64,000 nt of DNA from a virus, in IMG/VR virus record IMGVR_UViG_3300025120_014916, positions 32,001 through 96,000 of that record; one strand, given 5' to 3'. The notes beneath the pieces are model-generated. The model did not search any database. It was given only the letters and a program-made list of their open reading frames with translations, and was not told the origin of the DNA. Of the stretch, positions 63,948-64,000 are shown one piece after another. A program made the position numbers and the translations under genes. How positions within the stretch are numbered: the first letter of the stretch is position 1; each line of letters begins with the position of its first letter.

Positions 63948-64000
63948 TTCTATTTTCCTTTCTGTTTAAAGATTGACGTAACAACATTTCAGCATACTCA
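63940..64000 (-). CDS. C-terminal fragment of an upstream CDS
   Basis: ...EYAEMLLRQSLNRKENRND*, overlapping the methyltransferase start. The ending loosely resembles CMP-sugar synthetases, but it is too short to call. Confidence 0.45.
   Translation of the reverse strand, partial: EYAEMLLRQSLNRKENRND

Noticed and set aside
1-64000. Alternative genetic code (TAG or TGA reassignment, seen in some huge phages)
   Set aside because: Long genes are intact under code 11, and TAG (35808, 49003, 56100) and TGA (39765) close genes at positions abutting the next start.
1-64000. tRNA, tmRNA or rRNA genes
   Set aside because: Intergenic gaps are short and AT-rich; no cloverleaf or GTTCGA T-arm context was found by eye. 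tRNAscan-SE would confirm.

Overview
A 64-kb, AT-rich, gene-dense segment of a large tailed phage related to T4-like phages, probably a jumbo or huge phage. It uses the standard genetic code and all credible genes but one lie on the minus strand. In transcription order (right to left) it carries: a sugar-modification cluster (two SAM methyltransferases, a short UDP-sugar dehydrogenase, an NAD-dependent epimerase, two GT4 glycosyltransferases) interrupted by a frameshifted SET-domain gene and a PD-(D/E)XK nuclease; a gp55-like sigma factor; about 30 kb of baseplate/tail genes (gp5-, gp25- and gp6-like plus giant LamG proteins); a RuvC-like resolvase and primase; a PAP2 phosphatase-Fic fusion; a MoxR AAA+/VWA-peptidase cassette; a single-chain Mre11-Rad50; and the packaging/head module (TerL, portal, prohead protease, scaffold, enlarged major capsid protein) followed by small accessory genes. 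The strongest leads are: (1) an intact PAP2-alpha_inh-Fic fusion translationally coupled to a probable head-internal protein; (2) an exactly spaced N-terminal motif shared by four otherwise dissimilar small proteins, resembling a capsid-targeting signal; (3) a recurrent late-promoter-like motif ATANTTATA alongside the phage's own sigma factor; (4) a pseudoknot-like 5' leader; (5) a SET gene split by a 7-nt tandem duplication. All assignments come from motif recognition by eye; no database searches were run.
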